A stretch of 64,000 bases of DNA. Origin: an uncultured Pseudomonadales bacterium (lineage in GTDB: Bacteria > Patescibacteriota > Microgenomatia > UBA1400 > CAYXSR01). The notes below the pieces were generated by a model. It was not told where the DNA came from. It saw nothing but the letters and a program-made list of their open reading frames with translations, and did no database searches. Positions 1 through 8,499 of this stretch are shown in pieces. A program made the translations under genes and the position numbers. Each line of letters begins with the position of its first letter. The first letter of the stretch is position 1. The stretch lies in the NCBI GenBank assembly GCA_964430265.1, contig CAYSEI010000003.1:65070-129069 (forward strand). The letters run 5' to 3'.

Positions 1-59
1 AAATAAAAGTAATACTGTTAAACTAAGTTTAAATAATTTTTTCATATTTTTATTTTAAT

Positions 60-1007
60 TTAGTCGGCGATAAATGTATAGATTAATTGGGATATTTGCG
101 GAATTGTTTCAAATGCTTCTTCTCGCGATAAATCCTGAGTCAAAACACACAGAACATATGGATTTGCTGTTAAAACAATTCCACAATCATGATAAATACG
201 TGTTTTGTTGCCTATCTTATGTACTACTTGTATTTCTGCAGGAACACCTTGCGGAATCCTTTTTTCAAAATCTGTCTTAGTTAGAGCAGAATACAATATT
301 TTTTTATTATGGCTGTTAATTAATTCATTATTAACTATCTTATTTAAAAACTCTCCTACTTCTTTAGCTGTAGTTGTGTTTTTTTCAATAGAGGTTTTTT
401 CCATGCCCCATTCTTCTAATTTCTCCTTCATTTTATTAAATCCTACTTGCTTATGCAGAATGTATGCAGCTGTATTGTCACTTATTTTCCCGCTTTTTAA
501 TAAAAGTTCTTCATAAGTAATCTTATATCCCGGAGATTGATAATGCAGATCTCCTGTTCCATATCCTTGAAAATCTTCTGAAATCATTGTGTATTGTTGC
601 TTAAGATCATACGTTCCCTTTTCAATTTCCTGAAGAAAAGCAACCATAACAAATATCTTGTTTACTGATGCCGCTTCAAAAACCTTATTTTCTTGATAAT
701 TCCATTTTAAATCAGAATTGGGCTGATTAAAATATATTGCATACTCTCCTTCTTTTTTTTCTAAGAGCTCTATCAGCTTCTGCTCTAGAATGTTTATATT
801 TTTAATATTTATGGAAAAATTTTCTTCTTCTTTTTTTGAAGTAGCTTTGAAGCGGTAAGTTCTGGGTTTTATAAATTCTTTAAATTGATTTACAATATAG
901 TTTTTTTTCCATACAAAGGTTGATACAGATACAGTAACTATCAAAATAAATAAGGTTATCTTTCTTCTCTTCGGTTTAGTAAGAATTTTCTCCTCTTTTT
1001 CAGACAT
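60..1007 (-). CDS. Serine hydrolase of the class A beta-lactamase / low-MW PBP type, with N-terminal membrane anchor
   Basis: S-x-x-K motif (ASVNK) and SDN motif (KISDNTAAY) at the expected spacing; N-terminal TM helix; KTG-like box degenerate (HKIGNKT). Confidence 0.55.
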   Translation of the reverse strand: MSEKEEKILTKPKRRKITLFILIVTVSVSTFVWKKNYIVNQFKEFIKPRTYRFKATSKKEEENFSINIKNINILEQKLIELLEKKEGEYAIYFNQPNSDLKWNYQENKVFEAASVNKIFVMVAFLQEIEKGTYDLKQQYTMISEDFQGYGTGDLHYQSPGYKITYEELLLKSGKISDNTAAYILHKQVGFNKMKEKLEEWGMEKTSIEKNTTTAKEVGEFLNKIVNNELINSHNKKILYSALTKTDFEKRIPQGVPAEIQVVHKIGNKTRIYHDCGIVLTANPYVLCVLTQDLSREEAFETIPQISQLIYTFIAD

Positions 1008-1930
1008 TATTGCAAAAATTTATTGATTCCTTTTCTCAAAGATTCACTGTCCAATTTATACTCCCGAATTAATTGCAAATAACTGCGAGCAGTTTTACCA
1101 AATTTACCATTAATTCCAATGTTTAATTTTTGATGGGGAATATTAATATTTGCTGCCACTGCAGAAGCAACTCCTCCTATCTTTTGGTGGTCTTCAATTG
1201 TAATCAGTTTTTGAGTTTTTTGTAAAGAATTAAGAACTGTTTCTTTGTCAAATGGTTTTATTGTGTGTAAATTAATGATTTCCAATCCTCTTATATTTTC
1301 AGCTGCGTCTAAAACTTGCTTTAAAATCGGTCCTGAAGAAACAACCGTTGCACGCGCTCCTTTTTTAAGAACTTGTGCTTTACCAATCTTTATATTTTCA
1401 TTACTTTTAGTAAAAACCGCGGTTGGTTCCCGAGTCATACGCAGATACACCGGTCCCGGATATGCATAAATTTGCGGCAGTAAATTTTCTATCTGTCTTG
1501 CATCTGCCGGATAAACAACAGAAATATTGGGCAAACTTTGCATCAAAGCCAGATCTTCTGTAGCCTGAGCAGTAAACCCGTCAGACGGATGAGATAGCCC
1601 CGCATGTGACCCCACTATTTTAACCGGCAGCTTATTGGCAGCAATACAAACACGAATCAATTCCCAAGCTCTTCCTGTTATAAAAGTAGCAAAAGAACAG
1701 GCAAAAGGAATAAATCCAGCCATTGCCAGTCCAGCACTAATTCCAATTAAATTCTGCTCTGCAACCCCAATCTGATAAAAACGCTCTGGGTACTTTTTAT
1801 TAAAAGATTTTAAACGCGTTGACCCTTCTAAATCTGCAGTTAAAGCAATAATGTCTTTATTTTCTTCTGCTATTTGAGTTATTGCTTTTCCAAAAGCATC
1901 CCTTAAAGCAACTTTTTCTACTTTATTCAT
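1007..1930 (-). CDS. Transketolase, C-terminal subunit (pyrimidine-binding plus C-terminal domains)
   Basis: 307 aa matching the Pyr/C-terminal half of transketolase (…FGKAITQIAEEN…GVAEQNLIGISAGLA…); overlaps the N-terminal subunit gene by 8 nt (split tkt). Confidence 0.85.
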   Translation of the reverse strand: MNKVEKVALRDAFGKAITQIAEENKDIIALTADLEGSTRLKSFNKKYPERFYQIGVAEQNLIGISAGLAMAGFIPFACSFATFITGRAWELIRVCIAANKLPVKIVGSHAGLSHPSDGFTAQATEDLALMQSLPNISVVYPADARQIENLLPQIYAYPGPVYLRMTREPTAVFTKSNENIKIGKAQVLKKGARATVVSSGPILKQVLDAAENIRGLEIINLHTIKPFDKETVLNSLQKTQKLITIEDHQKIGGVASAVAANINIPHQKLNIGINGKFGKTARSYLQLIREYKLDSESLRKGINKFLQ

Positions 1931-2783
1931 TTTTATTTTTCCTATCAGTTATTTTAATTTCAATCTGTCTGAGTTCTTTTAGTGCTTCACTATAAAGTTT
2001 CTCATCAACATGCGGATGATGCACATCACTTCTTTTTTCTAAAAATGAAATGTCTTTACATGGTAAAGTCCTACTGATAATAACACTTGGTCCCCTTTTA
2101 TTATTTAAAGTAGTCTTTAAAACCGGAATTATTTGCGAAAAATCATGTCCATCAACCTCTTTAACATTCCAACCAAAACTCTCATACTTTTCTTTTAAGG
2201 GAGAAATTTGCATTTGATTTTTTGTGAACCCTCCTATTTGTACTCCATTACGATCAATAATTGCTGTTAAGTTGTTAAGTTTAAAGTAGCTAGCTGCCAT
2301 AACTGCTTCCCAAGTACTACCTTCTTGTTGCTCACCGTCACTCATCATTACTACTACTCTGTTATTCAGATTTTTCTGCCTAATTCCTAGAGCAATCCCG
2401 ATCCCTTGCGACAAACCCATTCCCAAAGATCCGGAGGAAATTTCAATTCCCTCAAGTCTATTTTTTCTTGGATGTCCTTCCAAACCACTATCCATTTTTC
2501 TTAAATCTTCAATTTTTCCCGTAGGAAAATATCCCTTTTGGGCAAGAATTGCATATAATGCCGGACAGGCATGTCCATTAGATAAAAGAAAATAATCGCG
2601 ATCTTCAGCTTTGGGATTACTTGGATCTAAATTGAGGATATTTCCAAAATACAAAGCCACCAGCATTTCCATAGTTGAAAAAGAACTTCCCAAATGCCCG
2701 CTTTCTGCCTTATATATGCTTTTCAAAACTTTTATTCGTGTTTTAACTGCAATTTTTTTTAAATTAATATAATTAGAATTCAT
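1923..2783 (-). CDS. Transketolase, N-terminal subunit (TPP-binding)
   Basis: GHLGSSFS…; GDG-like TPP-binding box (MMSDGEQQEGSTWEA); 286 aa; immediately upstream of the C-terminal subunit. Confidence 0.85.
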   Translation of the reverse strand: MNSNYINLKKIAVKTRIKVLKSIYKAESGHLGSSFSTMEMLVALYFGNILNLDPSNPKAEDRDYFLLSNGHACPALYAILAQKGYFPTGKIEDLRKMDSGLEGHPRKNRLEGIEISSGSLGMGLSQGIGIALGIRQKNLNNRVVVMMSDGEQQEGSTWEAVMAASYFKLNNLTAIIDRNGVQIGGFTKNQMQISPLKEKYESFGWNVKEVDGHDFSQIIPVLKTTLNNKRGPSVIISRTLPCKDISFLEKRSDVHHPHVDEKLYSEALKELRQIEIKITDRKNKNE

Positions 2784-3427
2784 TGTATGTTTTTGAATTT
2801 ATTATATATTTCCTGATAATCTTTTTGTTTCCAAAAATAGCTGCCAACTGCTACTACCTCTGCCCCTTTTTTAAAACATTTTTTTGCCCTTTTATAATTT
2901 ATACCACCATCAACACATATTTCAAAATCAGCCTTTTGTTCTTTTTTTAATTTATTTAATAATTCAATCTTTTTATAAACTTTTGAGTTAAATTCTTGTC
3001 CGCCAGATCCGGCTTTAACAGCCATGAGTAAAATTTGTCCTAAATGAGTAAATAATTTTTTGTTCAATTTTTTAACTGGCGTATTCAAGTCAATTGCTAA
3101 CCCCGGTTTAATTTTCATTTTAATTGCTTTGTTTACAAATTTTTCTTGATCTTTTAAGGGCTCTATTTGTGTTACAAAATTATTAACTGGGATTTTTTCT
3201 ATTTCTTTAAATAACTGAATCGGCTCTTGGACCATCAGATGTAAATCTACAGCAAAACTCTGAAGAATCTTAATATCCTGTAATTCTTTTATAGAAATAG
3301 TTTTATTGTTAGCAAACTTACCATCTAATATATCAATTTGTACTCGAGGAATAATATTTTTTATATTTTTTAGAAGTTGATTAATTTTTTCTTTTTGGTC
3401 AACTAATACTGCCGGAGTTAATTCCAT
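2780..3427 (-). CDS. rpe: Ribulose-phosphate 3-epimerase
   Basis: IDILDGKF…, HLMVQEP and VDGGIN motifs typical of the RPE TIM-barrel; lies in the pentose-phosphate operon. Confidence 0.7.
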   Translation of the reverse strand: MELTPAVLVDQKEKINQLLKNIKNIIPRVQIDILDGKFANNKTISIKELQDIKILQSFAVDLHLMVQEPIQLFKEIEKIPVNNFVTQIEPLKDQEKFVNKAIKMKIKPGLAIDLNTPVKKLNKKLFTHLGQILLMAVKAGSGGQEFNSKVYKKIELLNKLKKEQKADFEICVDGGINYKRAKKCFKKGAEVVAVGSYFWKQKDYQEIYNKFKNIQ

Positions 3428-4431
3428 TAAGCTCTTGCAATAACTTCTTCCACTAATCTATTTGTATAACCCCATTCATTATCATACCAGGCAAAAACCT
3501 TAACCAAGTTTGAACCTTGAACATTTGTTAGTGAAAGGTCAACTATACTTGAATGGGAATTGCCAATAATATCATTTTGTACAATCGGCTCTTGCGTTAC
3601 ATCAATAATACCTTTAAATTCACCTTGGGAAGCTTTAATTAGAATATTATTTACTTCTTCAGTTGTCGTTTCTTTTTTTGTGTAAAAAACAAAATCCGTT
3701 AAAGAACCAGTAATAGTCGGCACTCGAACCGCCATACCATCAAATTTACCTTTAATTGGTGGATACACTTTAGCAGTTGCTTTTGCAGCTCCTGTTGTTG
3801 TGGGAATCATATTAACAGCAGCTGCCCTGCCTCTGCGTAAATCTTTGGCATGAGAACCATCTAGTAACTGTTGACTTGAGGTATAACTGTGAATTGTTGT
3901 CATTAAGGAATTAACAACGCCAAGCTTTTTGTCAATAAGCTTGACAATGGGAGCAGCACAATTGGTTGTACAGGAAGCAGAAGAAACAATTTTTTCATCT
4001 TTTCTCTGATCGTCATTTACTCCGATCACATACATTGGGATGTCAGGACTTTTTGGAGGAGCTGACATAACTACATTTTTAACAGTTCCTCTTAAATGTT
4101 TTTTTACATCCTTTGATTTTCTAAAAACACCAGTAGATTCAATAACTGTTTTTATTCCATAATTTTCCCAAGGAATCTTTTCCGGATCTCTTTCTCCCAT
4201 TATTGGAATACTTTTCCCCTTTACTAGCATATTGCTACCATCTATTTCAACTTCTCCCGGAAACTTACCATAAGCACTATCATACTTAAAAAGATAAGCC
4301 CATCCCTTTGTATTTACTCTTCCAGACGTATTAATTGCAGCCAAATCAATTTTCTCTGCATGTTTTTGCAAAATAATCCTGGCAGCCAACCTGCCAATTC
4401 TGCCAAAACCATTAATACCAACTTTAAGCAT
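3427..4431 (-). CDS. gap: Glyceraldehyde-3-phosphate dehydrogenase
   Basis: N-terminal GINGFGRIGR Rossmann motif; active-site SCTTNCAAP; 334 aa. Confidence 0.92.
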   Translation of the reverse strand: MLKVGINGFGRIGRLAARIILQKHAEKIDLAAINTSGRVNTKGWAYLFKYDSAYGKFPGEVEIDGSNMLVKGKSIPIMGERDPEKIPWENYGIKTVIESTGVFRKSKDVKKHLRGTVKNVVMSAPPKSPDIPMYVIGVNDDQRKDEKIVSSASCTTNCAAPIVKLIDKKLGVVNSLMTTIHSYTSSQQLLDGSHAKDLRRGRAAAVNMIPTTTGAAKATAKVYPPIKGKFDGMAVRVPTITGSLTDFVFYTKKETTTEEVNNILIKASQGEFKGIIDVTQEPIVQNDIIGNSHSSIVDLSLTNVQGSNLVKVFAWYDNEWGYTNRLVEEVIARA

Positions 4432-4432
4432 T

Positions 4433-4879
4433 TTATTTCTCCCTAAGTTTTTTTATTTGATCAATTCTTCTTTGATGACGCTCTTCTCCACTAAACTCAC
4501 CGGCAACAAAAGTCTTTATAAACCCGGCAGCTTGATCAGCATTAGTCAAATCCGCACCCAAAACTAAAACATTACAATTATTATGTGCTCTACTTTTTAC
4601 CGCTTGTCCCATCCCTGTACATAAAACTGCTCTAACTTCTTTAATTTTATTCGCAGCAATACTCATTCCTATTCCTGATCTACATATTAATACTCCTAAG
4701 GCCTCCGTATCCTCAACTACTTTTTTACCCACATTTTCAGCAAACTCTGGATAATCATCATCTTGCTTTAATACTTTTGCTCCCAAGTCAACTAATTCAA
4801 TATCACTATCACTGAATTTTTTTTTCAAGTCTTCTTTTAGGTTGTATCCTCCGTGATCGGCTCCAATATAAACTATCAT
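4433..4879 (-). CDS. rpiB: Ribose-5-phosphate isomerase B (RpiB/LacA/LacB family)
   Basis: 148 aa; MIVYIGADHGGY…; CRSGIGMSIAANK active-site region. Confidence 0.85.
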   Translation of the reverse strand: MIVYIGADHGGYNLKEDLKKKFSDSDIELVDLGAKVLKQDDDYPEFAENVGKKVVEDTEALGVLICRSGIGMSIAANKIKEVRAVLCTGMGQAVKSRAHNNCNVLVLGADLTNADQAAGFIKTFVAGEFSGEERHQRRIDQIKKLREK

Positions 4880-5562
4880 TTTTCTCCCTCCTTTTTATGG
4901 GATAAATTATCAATATCTTTTTTAAAGTCCGGTCCGTGGTATCCAAGACTCCCTTCAGTAAATGGCTGTTCTTTCGCCGGAATATCAGACTGCAGCATCC
5001 TAGTTTCAAATTCTTTTTCAAATTTTTCTACATGTTTTAATATTTCTTGAGAAGAATTGACATATTCAAAAACCTTGAAATCGTCGTTCCTTAAAAACAT
5101 ATTCTTTTTAATAACCTCAACAATTTCCTTCCAAAATTCACCGTATAATAAAAAGGGCTTATGTACTCCGTAATACAAACGTGCTAAACACCAGGCCGTA
5201 GCAAATTCAGAAAGCGTACCCGTTCCGCCTTTAAAAATAACAAATAGTTCCGCTTCTTTAAAAAGACCAAACATTCTTTCAATATAATCACCTGTTTTTA
5301 TTTCCTTATCTGGAACATTTTGCGGGTACTTGCCTTCAAAATTTACGGCTGCTTGAGGATAAAAAGTTATTGCAACTGTATCTCCCCCCACTTCTTCTGC
5401 ACCCTGGGTTGCTGCATTCATTACTCCCGGACCACCACCATTAACAATTGTGTAGCCGTTTTCTGCTAGAAGTTTAGCTGCTGAATATACTTCTTGATAA
5501 AGGGGTTCGCCTTTTTTGGTGTGTGAAAAGCCAAAAAAGGCAATATTGTTAATTATTCTCAT
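4876..5562 (-). CDS. LOG-family (TIGR00730) Rossmann-fold nucleotide-binding protein
   Basis: GGGPGVMNA motif and FKGGTGTLSEF region characteristic of LOG / lysine decarboxylase-like proteins. Confidence 0.7.
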   Translation of the reverse strand: MRIINNIAFFGFSHTKKGEPLYQEVYSAAKLLAENGYTIVNGGGPGVMNAATQGAEEVGGDTVAITFYPQAAVNFEGKYPQNVPDKEIKTGDYIERMFGLFKEAELFVIFKGGTGTLSEFATAWCLARLYYGVHKPFLLYGEFWKEIVEVIKKNMFLRNDDFKVFEYVNSSQEILKHVEKFEKEFETRMLQSDIPAKEQPFTEGSLGYHGPDFKKDIDNLSHKKEGEK

Positions 5563-5600
5563 TAATATAATTTTAACACAAGTTTGCCAGCAAACCCAAA

Positions 5601-6200
5601 TTAAAACTCAGCTGAAAGAATAATTTCCCCTGGCACATCATCTCCGTTTTCCGGTTCTAGAGTTATGACCATTTTTGAATATTCAGTCAGGTCTTTGTTG
5701 TCCAAATAATACAACGTCCCTTGACCTTCTTGATATCCAACTCTTCCAGTAAAAAGATCATCCATCTCTTCCCCCATCAACCACCCCCCATAGTAATATC
5801 CTTTTGAAAGCATTTCCAAATTTTGTACAGATGCCATCAAATAGAATCTACCGTCTGAAAAAGCTCTTTTAACTGAACCTTTTTCAACTCCTGCTTGATT
5901 ACTCAAACTTACTTGTTCAACTCCTTCTCCTTCTAAAACTGCTTTAACTTCCTGTTTTACTTCTTCAGCTTCTTCTTGACTGAGCTGTTGCTTTTCTTCT
6001 CCTGATTTTCTGACAAATCCATCCTCTTCAATAAAAACTTGTTCAGATGCAGAAGGTTCTTCGTTTTTACCATTATTAGTTCTTGTAAAATACAAAATCC
6101 CTGCTATAACAAGAAAAATTACCCCTAATCCTATAAATACACGCTGTAAATCAAGCTGGCTTATTTGTTTTTTTATTTTTTGTATAACCATTTCTGTCAC
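5601..6200 (-). CDS. Hypothetical membrane-anchored protein
   Basis: Single N-terminal TM helix (FIGLGVIFLVIAGILYF), charged linker, C-terminal globular part; no recognisable family. Confidence 0.5.
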   Translation of the reverse strand: MTEMVIQKIKKQISQLDLQRVFIGLGVIFLVIAGILYFTRTNNGKNEEPSASEQVFIEEDGFVRKSGEEKQQLSQEEAEEVKQEVKAVLEGEGVEQVSLSNQAGVEKGSVKRAFSDGRFYLMASVQNLEMLSKGYYYGGWLMGEEMDDLFTGRVGYQEGQGTLYYLDNKDLTEYSKMVITLEPENGDDVPGEIILSAEF

Positions 6201-6265
6201 CTCCTTTCAAAAAAAGACCCGCAGCGGCAGGCCTATTTTTAGACTATCCGAACTTAACACGAAAG

Positions 6266-6778
6266 TCAATAATCAGTCATACTTTTAAATTCAGGCTCTG
6301 ATATTATTTTTCCAAATATATGTTGGCTAACCCCAAAATATGATTTTTTTCTTACCCCTTCTTTTTTAAGTCCCACTTTATTGTAAAAATCAATTGCTCC
6401 TGGTTGTGAGGCAATTTCAATTTTATGGCAATCTTTTTCTTTTGCTATTTTTATCCATTCTTTAACTAGCCTACTACCAATCCCCTTTTTTTGTTCTTTT
6501 TTAGTTACTCCCAACCAGCGACAAAATGAAACACCACCGTAGGGTCGGTCAATTACAGCAAAGCCTATTATTTTTTCATTTTTTCGGGCAATGATAACGT
6601 TTTTGTAGTTTTTTTCTATCCAAAAACGAAATGAATAAGGGGTATAAATACGACTTAAAAAATAATTGATAATAAGTGGGGGGTAAAAAGTAAATTCCTT
6701 TTTTAATATTCTCTTAAACGTTGGCCAAAATTGATTAACCTGTTCTTTTTTTATCTGTTCTATAATTATATCATTCAT
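6266..6778 (-). CDS. GNAT-family N-acetyltransferase
   Basis: Acetyl-CoA-binding motif (WLGVTKKEQKKGIGSRLV) and C-terminal …FYNKVGLKKEG typical of GNAT. Confidence 0.65.
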   Translation of the reverse strand: MNDIIIEQIKKEQVNQFWPTFKRILKKEFTFYPPLIINYFLSRIYTPYSFRFWIEKNYKNVIIARKNEKIIGFAVIDRPYGGVSFCRWLGVTKKEQKKGIGSRLVKEWIKIAKEKDCHKIEIASQPGAIDFYNKVGLKKEGVRKKSYFGVSQHIFGKIISEPEFKSMTDY

Positions 6779-6831
6779 TAGTTATAGAAAGAGCCAGCAA
6801 TAAAAAAGCTGGCCCTTTCTTTCAAAAAATT

Positions 6832-7044
6832 TTAAACAGTTTTCTTTAAAACTGGCATACCAGTTCTCTTTGTTTCTACTACTTCGTAGCCGAAAGGAAC
6901 TTCATCAATTGCTCCTTCTCTTTCATCACGAGCAAAGTAGTAAATTGTTTGCTGTCTTCCTCCACGAAGGGTAACATCTTTTTTGTGAAGATGATATGTG
7001 TCTCCTTTGCTGTTTGTGTATGTATAAGCCATTCTTCTGTTCAC
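6832..7044 (-). CDS. Small hypothetical protein (70 aa)
   Basis: ORF with good coding appearance; a downstream hairpin (gccagc…gctggc, about 6795-6820) could act as its terminator. Confidence 0.4.
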   Translation of the reverse strand: MNRRMAYTYTNSKGDTYHLHKKDVTLRGGRQQTIYYFARDEREGAIDEVPFGYEVVETKRTGMPVLKKTV

Positions 7045-7146
7045 CTCCTTTTATTAATATTTTTTTCTTTGAATTCATATTAGAGGAATAACAGGCTACT
7101 TGTCAAGAGGAAATCAGAAGAAAATAAAATATTGTATACTTAAAGC

Positions 7147-7734
7147 ATGCAAGATCTACAAAAATTTTTAAAACTCTTTCTTAAAAGACTACTGTTTCCT
7201 TTAAATTATTTTCAAGCCTATTTACCTGATATTGACACTAAATATCTTAGTTTAAATAATATTGTGTCTTTTATTTTGGGAGTTGTTTTGCTGGTTATTT
7301 TTGCTTCCTTTATTTTTACTTCAAAAAACAGCAGTATCCTAGCTGTAAGCCGACAACCTTTATTTCCTGTTAATCACTTTAAAATGGCTGAAGAATTTCT
7401 ATCTAACGGACAATTAAATAAAGCAAAAAAAGAACTTCAATTAGTTAATAATTCCTTTGTTATGAGAAACTTGCTTAAAATTTCACTTTTAAACTATAAA
7501 TACCAGCACACTCAAGATAAAGTATATGAAAGCGACCGCATAAAGGAGCAGTTGTCCCAATTAGATTCAATCTTGGAAAAAAAACCCTTTTATCGTGATC
7601 TTTTATTAAAAAAAAGCATCTTTCTTTGGAAACAATGGAAAAATAAAGAAGCAAAAAATAGTTTGGAAAAAGCTGCTTATTTGGATCCTAATAATTTAAA
7701 AATTAAAAGTTTAAAAAAGAAACTTTCTTTATAA
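7147..7734 (+). CDS. Hypothetical membrane protein with TPR-like C-terminal repeats
   Basis: One TM helix (IVSFILGVVLLVIFASFIF) followed by helical repeat-like sequence (…EAKNSLEKAAYLDPNN). Confidence 0.5.
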   Translation: MQDLQKFLKLFLKRLLFPLNYFQAYLPDIDTKYLSLNNIVSFILGVVLLVIFASFIFTSKNSSILAVSRQPLFPVNHFKMAEEFLSNGQLNKAKKELQLVNNSFVMRNLLKISLLNYKYQHTQDKVYESDRIKEQLSQLDSILEKKPFYRDLLLKKSIFLWKQWKNKEAKNSLEKAAYLDPNNLKIKSLKKKLSL

Positions 7735-7736
7735 AT

Positions 7737-8438
7737 TTATTTTTCTGGAGTTTTTTCTGCTTGTTCAGTCTCTTTTCCCTGTTCTTTTTCTTCTCCCTCT
7801 GCCTCTTCTCCTTCAATTTTTTCTTCCAATCCTTCTTCAAGCGTAATCTCAGGTTCTTCAACCTCTTCAACTTCTTCCTCTGTTGGTTCTTCAATTTTAA
7901 CAATTAATCTTTCTAAATCGTCTGCCATTATAGTCATCTTGTCTTTATCAATAGGTAAATCATTAAGAGAAATTGATTGATCAATTTCTTCTAATTCAGA
8001 AACAGAAATTTCAAGTTTTTCCGGTAACTCCTCTGGAAGAGCCTCAATTTCTACTTCATCCATCATTTGTACTAATACGCCACCCTTATTAACGGCTGGC
8101 GGCTCGCCAATTAATTCAATTGGAACCGATGCCTGAACTTTTTCCTTTAAGTCAATCTGGCGAAATTCAACATGAATCAAGTTGTCACTTAAAGAGTCCT
8201 TTTGCAGATGAGAGATTAATACAGGTTTTTCTTTTCCATTGTTTATCTTAAGTCTAATTACTTTTGTTTCTCCAGCTTCTTCATAAATATCAAGAAATTC
8301 CTTTACATCAATTTTTAAAGCAGTTGATTTAATATCCTTGCCATATACATTGGCCGGAAGATATCCTTTTTCACGAAGTCTTTTTACTTTTCTTCCCAAT
8401 ACTTCGCGTTTTTGTGCACTTAATTTAATTTTATTCAT
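7737..8438 (-). CDS. rplY: 50S ribosomal protein L25 / general stress protein Ctc form, with acidic C-terminal tail
   Basis: N-terminus MNKIKLSAQKREVLGRKVKRLREKGYLPANVYGK matches L25/Ctc; long glutamate-rich C-terminus. Confidence 0.8.
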   Translation of the reverse strand: MNKIKLSAQKREVLGRKVKRLREKGYLPANVYGKDIKSTALKIDVKEFLDIYEEAGETKVIRLKINNGKEKPVLISHLQKDSLSDNLIHVEFRQIDLKEKVQASVPIELIGEPPAVNKGGVLVQMMDEVEIEALPEELPEKLEISVSELEEIDQSISLNDLPIDKDKMTIMADDLERLIVKIEEPTEEEVEEVEEPEITLEEGLEEKIEGEEAEGEEKEQGKETEQAEKTPEK

Positions 8439-8499
8439 GACTTTTAGATTTTAACATTTATGGGAAAATTTTCAAGTTTTTCAGACTTCTAGCTATAAA

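Noticed and set aside
4809-5050. Two small ORFs (70 aa minus, 65 aa plus) around the rpiB/LOG junction
   Set aside because: They are fully embedded in, or out of frame with, the well-supported rpiB and LOG genes.
7703-7903. 66-aa lysine-rich ORF on the minus strand
   Set aside because: It lies antisense and out of frame within the glutamate-rich C-terminal tail region of rplY and the end of the TPR gene. Poly-K arises from reading the GAA/GAG-rich tail on the opposite strand, so it is a low-complexity artefact.
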